From NCBI GenBank assembly GCA_964483025.1, contig CAYZZT010000002.1, forward strand, positions 1 to 39,659: a DNA stretch of 39,659 bases. Direction: 5' to 3'. Shown here piece after piece: positions 19,729-28,339 of this stretch. Every line of letters starts with the position of its first letter. Positions within the stretch are counted from its first letter, which is position 1. Below the pieces are notes generated by a model. The model saw only the letters and a program-made list of their open reading frames with translations. It was not told the origin of the DNA and made no database searches. The position numbers were made by a program, and so were the translations under genes. This DNA is from an uncultured Candidatus Saccharibacteria bacterium. GTDB lineage: Bacteria; Patescibacteriota; Minisyncoccia; Phycocordibacterales; CAIZIN01.

Positions 19729-20823
19729 TTATATTTTATCAAAAAATGAAGTGTAACTATTTCTAAAATTTATCTCACTACTCCATCTCCACCCCTCTTT
19801 TTGTAAAGCATTATAGGATAAAGAATCTTTAAGAAGAACAACTAGTTTTTCAGCCATATTCTCCGAAGTATTCTCTTCACAGACCAACCCTGTCTGGTTG
19901 TTTCTCACAGCATCTCTTAGACCATCCACATTATACACCACAGCTGGTGTCCCTTGACTATTTGCTTCTGTCACAACCAAACCCCACCCCTCCTTAACAG
20001 ATGTCACTGTCAATATATGGCATTTTTGAAGTAACTCAATTTTTTCTTCATTAGAAACCGGACCTGTATATCTAATCGATGAAACATAAGGAGATTTTTT
20101 AATATCACCAATAAGACTTTCTCCATATTCTCCTTCTATATTCCCAGCAATAATAAGTTTTGCTTCAGGAACTTCTTTCTTTAGAATTTCAAATGCTTTT
20201 AAAATGTGATCCGTGCGTTTCATTGGGCGTACTGCTCCCAAACTTAATATTGTTGGTTTTTCAAACTTCTCTATTGTTTCAAGGTTTGCTACAGGTTCTA
20301 ATTCGATTCCCTCAGATATTATTGAGATATTTTCCTCTTTAAAACCATACTTCATTAAGTCTTTTTTTGTACTTTCTGAAACAGTAACGACCTTTCTATC
20401 CCTCAATGACCAGAGATAAATAGGCTCTATAATATACCCAATAATATTTAAAGGGAAAAACATCTGGTAAAACCATATCTCTCTACATAACTGATGGACA
20501 AATATAATATTTCTTTGTTTTGTATAAAACTTTGCAAAAAATGGAATAGTATTCACTTCATCTATTACAAGATCTGGCCATTCACTCAAATGCCTTTTAT
20601 AATATTGATAAGCTTTATAATACACACTCCATCTTCCGCCTACACGAATAATCTTAAAACCATCTTTTACTTCCTCAGAAGGACACCCCTTAAATCCACC
20701 CACAAGAAAAGTAACTTCGTGACCATCAGCCACAAGTCTTTTTGCTAATTCTTCGTTCACAACCTCAGCTCCCCCAGCAAGAGGATTTTTTCTATCTTTC
20801 CATGTGAGCCAAAGAATTTTCAT
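19729..20823 (-). CDS. glycosyltransferase family 4 (GT-B)
   Basis: MKILWLTWKDRKNPLAGGAEV N-terminus and a C-terminal EGWGLVVTEANSQGTPAV (E-x7-E region). Confidence 0.85.
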   Translation of the reverse strand: MKILWLTWKDRKNPLAGGAEVVNEELAKRLVADGHEVTFLVGGFKGCPSEEVKDGFKIIRVGGRWSVYYKAYQYYKRHLSEWPDLVIDEVNTIPFFAKFYTKQRNIIFVHQLCREIWFYQMFFPLNIIGYIIEPIYLWSLRDRKVVTVSESTKKDLMKYGFKEENISIISEGIELEPVANLETIEKFEKPTILSLGAVRPMKRTDHILKAFEILKKEVPEAKLIIAGNIEGEYGESLIGDIKKSPYVSSIRYTGPVSNEEKIELLQKCHILTVTSVKEGWGLVVTEANSQGTPAVVYNVDGLRDAVRNNQTGLVCEENTSENMAEKLVVLLKDSLSYNALQKEGWRWSSEINFRNSYTSFFDKI

Positions 20824-20824
20824 A

Positions 20825-21769
20825 TTACTTTAAATTTTTTAAACTTCTAACCACATACAAAGGCCTTCCAGAAACTTCCCCATGAATATTTCCAATATAT
20901 AGAGCAATAAGTCCAAGACATGCCAAAACTAAACCAATAAAGAAAATCATAAGTATGGCTAATTTTGCCGTTCCAGTAATTGCCCACCCTAAAATATCAT
21001 GAAAAATATAATTCTCTGTAAACACAACTGTTCCACCAATACCAAAAATGAACATAATAAATAAACCGAGGTATCCAGCAAATTTCAAAGGAAGGAGACT
21101 GTGTGAAGTCGCTGAAGAAAGGGCAAGCTTTACTAGTTTGAAGTATGAATATGAAGCCTCTCCATTTGCTCTTTCGTTTGCCTCAAATGGAACATAGCTC
21201 CTTTTGAATCCAAGCCAATCAATGAGACCTCGGGTGATTCGATCGTGTTCTGTAAATTTATTAAATTCATTTACAACTTTTCTGTCTATCAAACGAAAAT
21301 CGGTTGCTCCAGAGACTATAGGTGTTTCACTTATTTTGTTTATGATTCTATAGTATATAGCCGAGCAAATAGTTTTTAAAAATGATTGTCCCTTATTTTT
21401 TGTTCTTAAACCAATAACAACATCATTCCCCTCCTCCCACTTTTTTATCAGGTGTGGAATAAGTGATGTTGGGTGTTGAAGGTCAGCATCTATGATGATT
21501 ACAGCGTCTCCTGTGGCGAACTTTAGCCCGGCAGATGTAGCAGATTCCTTTCCAAAGTTTTTAGAAAATTCAATACTTTTAATCTTCTCGTCTGCTTTTG
21601 CCAAAACTTCGATTACTTGTTGTGAATTGTCCTTTGATCCGTCATTTACAAAAATAATCTCAAAGTCGTAAGGTAAGTTTTCAAAAACCCCAAAAATCTC
21701 CTCACTTATAAGTGGAATATTCTTTTCTTCATTATGAGCGGGAACTATGATTGAAATAGTCTTTTGCAT
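20825..21769 (-). CDS. glycosyltransferase family 2, polyprenyl-phosphate sugar transferase type (GtrB/ArnC-like)
   Basis: ISIIVPAHNEE, VNDGSKDNS, IIDADLQHP, plus two C-terminal TM helices. Confidence 0.88.
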   Translation of the reverse strand: MQKTISIIVPAHNEEKNIPLISEEIFGVFENLPYDFEIIFVNDGSKDNSQQVIEVLAKADEKIKSIEFSKNFGKESATSAGLKFATGDAVIIIDADLQHPTSLIPHLIKKWEEGNDVVIGLRTKNKGQSFLKTICSAIYYRIINKISETPIVSGATDFRLIDRKVVNEFNKFTEHDRITRGLIDWLGFKRSYVPFEANERANGEASYSYFKLVKLALSSATSHSLLPLKFAGYLGLFIMFIFGIGGTVVFTENYIFHDILGWAITGTAKLAILMIFFIGLVLACLGLIALYIGNIHGEVSGRPLYVVRSLKNLK

Positions 21770-22994
21770 ATGTAATTGTTAGTGTAATTGTAATAATTAT
21801 AAGAGATAAAACCAAACTGTTTAAAACGGAATTAATACTTGAGTGAGAACGGAGTAAAATCAACCCCATAAATAACATACCCACCAAAGAAACCGTTATC
21901 AGAAAGAATCTACGTAATGCCAGAAAATAGAATATAAATACATTTATAATCGCAGTTAAAAGCATTACAAGCCCTGCTTTTGGTAAAAAGTGTGCAAATG
22001 AGGCATATTTCTGACCAATCATAAGCGACACTATTATATCACTAAATAGGTAGAATGTAAAGAGTCCTACTATACCGACAAATAATGAAATTCCCAATGA
22101 CTTTTTTAGAGCTAGAGAATTTTCAGTAAACGACTGCTTTATTTTCACTGAAGAAAGCAATACCACAGCCCCTGGAGCAAGAGCAAAATACAGTATTTTG
22201 GCTATAGCAGATATACCACTATATAGCCCAGCATCAACTCCACTAAAATAATGCTTTACGATTAGAACATCAGAAGTGTAATATAGAGTAACGAGGCAGG
22301 TTGCGAAAAAGACTAGAACTCCGTATTTTAATTCCTTCTTAATACTCCCCTTTTCCAATATGTGTATATTCGTTTTTTCACCCAAATGAAGCGAATCTTT
22401 CGTTTGATAATAAAGATATAAAAGTAGAGCAATATTTGCCAAAACAATACCAAGAGTAGCTCCAAATACCCCCATACCGAGCAAAATAGCCCCTACAGCG
22501 AAGACTAATCGCCCCAACGAGGAAACAACACCTGAGAATGAGAGGTGTTTAAATCTGCCACTCCCTTGTAGAAAAGCGTTCCTAAAGGTTGTCATTGAAC
22601 TTATTGGCAGAATTATCGCCAAACCTATAAGTGGATATATTGTTGAAAAATTAAAGAATGACTTTAATTCTGAAATAGATAACAAAAGAAAAACAAAAGC
22701 TATGCCAATGATCCAGAAAGCAATCTTTTGTAACTCTGAAATAATCGCATCTCTTTCATGTGGATTCTCAGTATTTATTGTTACATTCACAGCAACCATA
22801 GAGAAAGCTCCAAATATAATCGCAGATTGTGCAATCAAAGCTATAAGAGCCTGGACATCACCAAAGTCCGCCGGCGAAAGTAATCTTCCCAAAACAGGAT
22901 GAAATACATAATTCAAAAAAGCAACTACCATTGAGCCACTAAAGTAGACGGCATACCGCCTAAAGAAAATATCTGATTTGAGTTTATTAATCAA
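21732..22994 (-). CDS. oligosaccharide/polysaccharide flippase (MOP/Wzx family)
   Basis: 420 aa with ~12 TM segments. TTG start at 22994; first ATG at 22931. First gene of the cluster. Confidence 0.72.
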   Translation of the reverse strand: MINKLKSDIFFRRYAVYFSGSMVVAFLNYVFHPVLGRLLSPADFGDVQALIALIAQSAIIFGAFSMVAVNVTINTENPHERDAIISELQKIAFWIIGIAFVFLLLSISELKSFFNFSTIYPLIGLAIILPISSMTTFRNAFLQGSGRFKHLSFSGVVSSLGRLVFAVGAILLGMGVFGATLGIVLANIALLLYLYYQTKDSLHLGEKTNIHILEKGSIKKELKYGVLVFFATCLVTLYYTSDVLIVKHYFSGVDAGLYSGISAIAKILYFALAPGAVVLLSSVKIKQSFTENSLALKKSLGISLFVGIVGLFTFYLFSDIIVSLMIGQKYASFAHFLPKAGLVMLLTAIINVFIFYFLALRRFFLITVSLVGMLFMGLILLRSHSSINSVLNSLVLSLIIITITLTITYAKDYFNHSSRS

Positions 22995-23109
22995 GTTGAG
23001 TAGATTATAGCAAATTTTTAAGATTATTTCCTAAATTTTTATCACTTTGCATCCCGATATTCATCATCCAAATTACTCATTCTAGTTACTGTGTATTATA
23101 ATCAACTGT

Positions 23110-23280
23110 ATGAACCTTTCTAAACAAGCCAAAAAAGACCTGCTTAAGGTCCTCCAAAAAGAGATGGGTTTAGAGGCATCTAAGGATTTATCTGATGAAG
23201 ACCTAAATAAGATAGGTTCGCTTCTACTTACAGTTCTAGCAGAAAATTTAAAGATGAGACGATCGGAATCGCAGGTTTAA
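23110..23280 (+). CDS. 56-aa small ORF (not in the supplied track)
   Basis: I translated it as MNLSKQAKKDLLKVLQKEMGLEASKDLSDEDLNKIGSLLLTVLAENLKMRRSESQV. TATAAT at 23097-23102 lies just upstream. Weak resemblance to the ORF at 28081. Confidence 0.4.
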   Translation: MNLSKQAKKDLLKVLQKEMGLEASKDLSDEDLNKIGSLLLTVLAENLKMRRSESQV

Positions 23281-23361
23281 TTTAATATAAAAGCTCAACA
23301 CACTTTTTGATGATACTATTTTTCACCTCATAGGTTCATAAAATGCTATTATGTAATACAT

Positions 23362-24051
23362 ATGTTTATCGACTTCAAACTTCAACTAAAGTGGTTCACA
23401 AAAAGATTGCTTCAATTACGACTTACTAAAGTCAAGGGCTTCGGCTTACCTATCACTTTTGAACTTTCCGAAATCAGCAACAATTCAGTTGTTGAGTTTG
23501 ATTCAAACATGCCAGTTAAAGACCACTTGGAAGACTTAACGGAAGAGATAAAGGAACATTATATCCAGAATAGTAAAACCCCTGTTAGTGGCGATAACAT
23601 TAAATTGAAATATTCAGAAGATGGTACAAAAGTTAAAATTTATGGAATAAATAGTAATTTATTAAGATCCTTTATTATAGAGAAATTAGAAGATCAAACA
23701 AGTCTTTTTAGAACGACATCTAACGGTAGTTTGTTATACGTTGAAATTCCTACAAACGTAACATTAAGCGCAACAGAGTCTGATATTTTCAGCAAATTAA
23801 GATTAAATAAAGATAATGGGATTGGTACCTTATCGTATAGTGAAATATTTGAAATTTGTGCATCACACAAAGGCCCTACTCTAGATGAATTTATGAACCA
23901 TTACAACACCGATACTAAAAGAGATACCGTGTCTAGAAGTACAATTAGTTATATGTTGGCAAAAATTAGACGATCCCCCATGTTTGAAACTATTGAAAGT
24001 GACAAAATAATTAAAAATGTAACAAAAGAGGGTTATTTGTTATTAATGTAA
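23362..24051 (+). CDS. hypothetical protein (element-borne)
   Basis: 229-aa ORF. The C-terminal part (RDTVSRSTISYMLAKIRRS...KEGYLLL) could be a winged-helix, but this is not established. Confidence 0.55.
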   Translation: MFIDFKLQLKWFTKRLLQLRLTKVKGFGLPITFELSEISNNSVVEFDSNMPVKDHLEDLTEEIKEHYIQNSKTPVSGDNIKLKYSEDGTKVKIYGINSNLLRSFIIEKLEDQTSLFRTTSNGSLLYVEIPTNVTLSATESDIFSKLRLNKDNGIGTLSYSEIFEICASHKGPTLDEFMNHYNTDTKRDTVSRSTISYMLAKIRRSPMFETIESDKIIKNVTKEGYLLLM

Positions 24052-24056
24052 TATTC

Positions 24057-24077
24057 AAAAATCCTTGTGGGATTTTT
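24057..24077 (+). terminator. weak hairpin after 23362..24051
   Basis: AAAAATCC, 5-nt loop, GGATTTTT. Confidence 0.4.
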
Positions 24078-24150
24078 ATACGCCTTAAAATAAAGGTATT
24101 TTAGATATTATTCCACAAAGCATATTTATTCCGTCTCTAAAAGAAAAACC

Positions 24151-24175
24151 AAACCGCTTAAAATAGCGGTTTTTT
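24151..24175 (+). terminator. intrinsic terminator-like hairpin
   Basis: AAACCGC, 8-nt loop, GCGGTTT followed by TTTG. Confidence 0.5.
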
Positions 24176-24267
24176 GTTGCATACTACCTCACTTGACACA
24201 CAATTTATCGCCCTCTTCCTGGACAGGAAGGTCGATACATTAAAAAAATAAACAACTTAAATTAAAT

Positions 24268-24783
24268 ATGAAAAAAGAAAAAACATACAAATGGTCTGTA
24301 GCAAATAAAATTGCAATAGACATCATAAAACAACTGAAACCTTTTTGCAAGCGTGTAGAGATCGCTGGTTCTATTCGTCGGAAGAAATCAGATGTCGGCG
24401 ATATAGAAATAGTGGCTATTCCCCTTCCGTATAGCAGTGGAATGTTCGAGGACGGTTTAGCCAAGATAGTAAATCAATGGCAAAAGGTCAAAGGTGAACT
24501 TGAGTTTGGTAAAAGCAAGTATACCCAAAGAATCCTTCCTGAAGGAATCAAATTAGATTTATTTTTCGCGGAGGAAGATAACTGGGGATATACGCTGGCT
24601 CTAAGAACTGGTTCTGCAGATTACAGTCACAAAGTACTTGCCAGCGGTTGGGTCCGTCAAGGATTCAAAAGTATTGATGGCTATCTTTGGAAAGATGGCG
24701 AGCGATACGAAGTCAAAGAAGAACGAGACTTATTCAACATCGTAGGTATTCCTTATGTCGAACCAGAAAAACGAAACTTATAA
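24268..24783 (+). CDS. minimal family-X DNA polymerase (palm + thumb only, 171 aa)
   Basis: AGSIRRKKSDVGDIEIVA fits the hG[GS]x9-13Dh[DE]h nucleotidyltransferase signature. IKLDLFF supplies the third acidic residue. RTGSADYSHKV and the C-terminal EERDLFNIVGIPYVEPEKRN match the PolX thumb. Collinear with my recollection of the 174-aa ASFV Pol X. Confidence 0.8.
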   Translation: MKKEKTYKWSVANKIAIDIIKQLKPFCKRVEIAGSIRRKKSDVGDIEIVAIPLPYSSGMFEDGLAKIVNQWQKVKGELEFGKSKYTQRILPEGIKLDLFFAEEDNWGYTLALRTGSADYSHKVLASGWVRQGFKSIDGYLWKDGERYEVKEERDLFNIVGIPYVEPEKRNL

Positions 24784-24803
24784 ACAATAACCAAAACAAC
24801 ATT

Positions 24804-25109
24804 ATGAAATCAATTGAACGGAGGTTTAGAAAGGAGGAGAAAGATAATCCAAACCTGGGAGATTACATTGTCTTCGCTAAAGCAATAGCGGGGCAAGGGT
24901 TTTCCCAGGATAGGCTAGCTAGAGCCTTTAACAAACTTGTGCCGACTGACGATTACGACACCAAAGATAAGAAAGCGTTAATGGAACACCTCAATCTACT
25001 AAATGGTTTCCCGAAGCGTCAGAAAACAGGCCTTAACCGTACGAAAAACAAGGGGTTGGAGCCCGATAGAGGTGTCCCAAAAGCAAAAGAGGATATAAGT
25101 ATCAAGTAG
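24804..25109 (+). CDS. hypothetical basic protein
   Basis: First sensible ATG (M40) of ORF 24687..25109. The longer form would overlap the PolX gene by about 100 nt. Confidence 0.5.
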   Translation: MKSIERRFRKEEKDNPNLGDYIVFAKAIAGQGFSQDRLARAFNKLVPTDDYDTKDKKALMEHLNLLNGFPKRQKTGLNRTKNKGLEPDRGVPKAKEDISIK

Positions 25110-25361
25110 GTACTTATACCCTCTGAAATCAGCTCAAAAAATGAATTATTAAGAAATTAAACAATATAAACAATATGAAAAATAGAAACAATATGAAAAA
25201 TGACGAAACGACAAGTTTTTTTGCTAGAGATGGTGGAGACATACTCGATCAGTTTGACCGCGGGGTATTCGCTTACTATTTCGCGGAATTTCAAAAAAAT
25301 AGCCGGAGATATAGGAAGCAGCTTAAAAGAAGAAAGATTAATAAAATTAAAAATAACTAAA

Positions 25362-27854
25362 ATGGAAACAGAAAATATGACAACGATGCTCGAATGGGCA
25401 CTAGATTATCAGAAGAAAGGATGGAATGTGATTCCTGTTAACAAGGACAAGATTCCATTCATTGGATGGAAAGCATATACGGACAAGAAGGTCACAAGCG
25501 AAGAAATATATGCATGGTGGACTAAATGGCCAGATGCAAATATTGCTGTTATTACTGGTAAAATCTCAGGGATAGTCGTTCTGGATCTAGACAGCAAGCA
25601 CGGGAGGACTTCAAAAGAGTTCGTAATACCAGTAACTGCATGCGCAAAATCAGGTAATTTAGGTGAACATTTCTTTTTCAAGTATCCGCAAGGTCTTGAA
25701 ATAAAGTCAGGAGCCGCGATAAGTGGTGAAGGTGTCGACTGTCGCGGAACCTCTGGATATATAATATTAGCTCCCTCAGTAAATGCTCAAGGAAGACAGT
25801 ATGAATGGACTATTCCATTTGAGTCACAGGAAGATCTTGCAGAGATGCCCACTTGGTTTAAGAATCTAGTAACAGACACAAAGAGTGAGAAGAAGTGGCT
25901 ATTAGGCAAGGATGGAGTCTCTGAGGGGTCTAGGAACGATACAGCGACCTCAATGGCTGGCAAAATACTATCTTATACAGCTCCAGAATTATGGGAGGCT
26001 CTAGGATGGGAACAACTACAGATTTGGAATCAAAAGAACAATCCCCCACTTCCAATGATGGAGTTGAGGGCTGTTTGGGATGGAATAAAAAATAAACAAA
26101 ATAATAGTATCAAAGTAGAATCCTTTATCGATAAATGTAATTATCTAATTTCTCAAATTCCTAAAGACACCAAAAAAGAATCCATCATAAGTGTATTGGG
26201 TCCAACAATGAAGGTACTTGCATTAAATGCAGAAGCTCAAGAGGCAGAGATGTATATCCGAAATAAGATAAAGTCTGAATTGGATATTAAAGGTAAAGAT
26301 ATAGAATCAATAATAAAGCACTTCAAAACAATGCGAGTTATTATTCTGAAAGAAGCCGAAGCAGAAAAGAAGATAGCGGAACAGATAAAAGAGGAGGAAC
26401 CCCTAACAGAATTCGAATTACAAGAAGTCGATAAGATACTAAAGTCTCCGACACTGCTTTACGATATTTTAAAGATGGTTAAAAAGCTTGGTGTTGTCGG
26501 AGAGGAAAAGAATGTGTTGCTTCATTATATAATCTTCACTTCACGAAAACTGAAACAGCCACTATCGGCAACTGTTAAAGGAGATAGCTCTTCGGGTAAG
26601 TCGTATACATTACTTACAACAATTAAACTATTCCCGAAATCTGCATACATAGATCTAACGGACGCAACTCCGCAAAGCTTTTTCTATTGTCCCGATGATC
26701 ACTTCAGAAATAAAATAATTGTGATATTCGAGAAACATGGAGGAGAACGTGCTGATTATGCAATCAGAACTCTTCAATCCGAGGGAAAATTAAAGATTCA
26801 AGTTACAGAGAAGAATCCCGATACTGGGCAATTCGAAGCAAGAACAATTGAAAAAGAAGGTCCAACAGGTTTCGTTACGACGACGACAGCTTCATTGATT
26901 CATGCAGAAAATGATACTCGTAACATTTCGATGTTCCCCGATCAAAGCTCCGAGCAAACAGGTCGAGTATACGAATCTGTTGACTCCCGTTATTTAGGAG
27001 TTCAGCCGATTAATGAAAATACAATAAAGCCTTGGCGTAACGCGCAATTAGGATTAGAGCAGATGCCTGTATATATTCCTTTTGCTAGGAGCTTCAGAAA
27101 ATACTTCCCTACTCACATTGTTCGTACAAGAAGAGATTATGGTCATTTTCTTGCAATTGTCGAGACGGTAGCATTCCTGCATCAAAGGCAACGTGAAGTA
27201 GTCGAGCTTCATGGACAAAAGTATATCAGAGCAACTTTGGCCGATGCGTATATGGCAAAGATTATTGTCGAGGATTCATTATCAAAATCCATATATGAGT
27301 TGCCAGAAAAAACAATTGAAGTAATTGAAATGGCAAGAGTTCTGGTTGAAGAACTGAAAGCTGATGATTTTGGAGATGGAGATAAGATCAAATTCACAAT
27401 TTCAAGTCTGGCAAAGAAGCTAGGTTGGGATAGGGATACTGTTGGAAAGTGGTTAAAGCCTGCAATCAAAAAAGGTTATGCAAGTATCGAAATAGAAAGC
27501 AAGGGTTCCAAAGGGGCTGAATATGTTATAGAAGAGAAAGACCTCCCAGGGGATAACTTCCTGCCTTCAGTCGAAGATCTCTCAGCCGACAACCCAAAAG
27601 AGAGGCTGGAAAATATCTATAATCCTATTACAGGAGAAGTACGTAGTACCGATGCGCCGATACATTCAGAGACAGTAGAAAATATGAATGTGGATACAGT
27701 AGAGGTAGTGGAACACTCAGATAATACTCCTCTTGAAACCATCGGTGCATCGGTAGAAACAGAGCCAGCAGAGGACATTCCTGAATTTGACGATTTCGCT
27801 GAATTCATTAATTCGAATCCAGAAAAATACAGCGAGGACGAATTACCGTTCTAG
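25362..27854 (+). CDS. bifunctional primase-polymerase (Prim-Pol) with PriCT-like region and C-terminal P-loop NTPase
   Basis: GWNVIPV...IAVITGKISGIVVLDLDSKHG (Prim-Pol N-domain with DxD), GSRNDTATSMAGKIL (PriCT-like), Walker A VKGDSSSGKSYTL, acidic tail. An in-frame upstream ATG at 25200 is the alternative start. Confidence 0.85.
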   Translation: METENMTTMLEWALDYQKKGWNVIPVNKDKIPFIGWKAYTDKKVTSEEIYAWWTKWPDANIAVITGKISGIVVLDLDSKHGRTSKEFVIPVTACAKSGNLGEHFFFKYPQGLEIKSGAAISGEGVDCRGTSGYIILAPSVNAQGRQYEWTIPFESQEDLAEMPTWFKNLVTDTKSEKKWLLGKDGVSEGSRNDTATSMAGKILSYTAPELWEALGWEQLQIWNQKNNPPLPMMELRAVWDGIKNKQNNSIKVESFIDKCNYLISQIPKDTKKESIISVLGPTMKVLALNAEAQEAEMYIRNKIKSELDIKGKDIESIIKHFKTMRVIILKEAEAEKKIAEQIKEEEPLTEFELQEVDKILKSPTLLYDILKMVKKLGVVGEEKNVLLHYIIFTSRKLKQPLSATVKGDSSSGKSYTLLTTIKLFPKSAYIDLTDATPQSFFYCPDDHFRNKIIVIFEKHGGERADYAIRTLQSEGKLKIQVTEKNPDTGQFEARTIEKEGPTGFVTTTTASLIHAENDTRNISMFPDQSSEQTGRVYESVDSRYLGVQPINENTIKPWRNAQLGLEQMPVYIPFARSFRKYFPTHIVRTRRDYGHFLAIVETVAFLHQRQREVVELHGQKYIRATLADAYMAKIIVEDSLSKSIYELPEKTIEVIEMARVLVEELKADDFGDGDKIKFTISSLAKKLGWDRDTVGKWLKPAIKKGYASIEIESKGSKGAEYVIEEKDLPGDNFLPSVEDLSADNPKERLENIYNPITGEVRSTDAPIHSETVENMNVDTVEVVEHSDNTPLETIGASVETEPAEDIPEFDDFAEFINSNPEKYSEDELPF

Positions 27855-27900
27855 CTAGGTAACATTAATGACTTAAACAAATGAAAAAATACAGGAGGGA

Positions 27901-27909
27901 TGCTATAAT
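27901..27909 (+). promoter_or_regulatory. extended -10 promoter element TGcTATAAT
   Basis: Exact TGnTATAAT, 46 nt after the Prim-Pol stop and upstream of the recombinase operon. Confidence 0.45.
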
Positions 27910-27914
27910 AGGTA

Positions 27915-28065
27915 GGTTGTCCCAGTTAGATTATGCGAATGTTTATACAAGACTTATAATTAGACAGAAACGGAACTCAAAAGGGGCGATCTGCCAACTG
28001 TTTTGTCTAATCCTTGTGATTTGCATTATAGCTGGGACAACCAGATCGTCCCTTTTGGGTTTTTT
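27915..28065 (+). promoter_or_regulatory. structured leader with crossing helices and a terminator-like U-tract
   Basis: GGTTGTCCCAG (27915-25) pairs with CTGGGACAACC (28032-42). AAAAGGGGCGATCTG (27979-93) pairs with CAGATCGTCCCTTTT (28042-56). This is followed by GGGTTTTTT. Confidence 0.4.
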
Positions 28066-28080
28066 GATTTAACCAAAATC

Positions 28081-28338
28081 ATGAACAAGAATACTAAGAC
28101 AGATGTAAACAGTATGATTATATCGAAAGAGAGACTCGCACAATTTACAAAACTTATCAAATACAAAACTGGAAAGAAATTATCCGAAGCCGAATCACTA
28201 GAGCAAGCACAGACACTACTGCGAACAATGATAATTCTGTATCGTCCAATAAGTCAAGAAGAATACTTTTCTGCTATTGCTAAAAAAATGTTTATTAAGT
28301 CTCAGTCGAAAAAAATTATTAGAATTAATAAAAAATAA
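28081..28338 (+). CDS. small protein upstream of the recombinase (possible directionality/regulatory factor)
   Basis: 85 aa from the ATG at 28081, which lies 15 nt after the U-tract. Its stop (28336-38) is 1 nt before the recombinase ATG. Confidence 0.5.
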   Translation: MNKNTKTDVNSMIISKERLAQFTKLIKYKTGKKLSEAESLEQAQTLLRTMIILYRPISQEEYFSAIAKKMFIKSQSKKIIRINKK

Positions 28339-28339
28339 T

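Noticed and set aside
25175-25360. 61-aa ORF and the in-frame 54-codon N-terminal extension (25200) of the Prim-Pol gene
   Set aside because: The two overlap in different frames, so at most one is real. Prim-Pol N-domains normally begin within about 20 residues of the GW.V.P motif, which favours ATG 25362. I could not decide whether either upstream frame is translated.
27881-28072. 63-aa ORF MKKYRRDAIIGRL...
   Set aside because: It spans the extended -10 box, both long-range helices and the U-tract. An RNA-level function or terminator is more likely than a protein.
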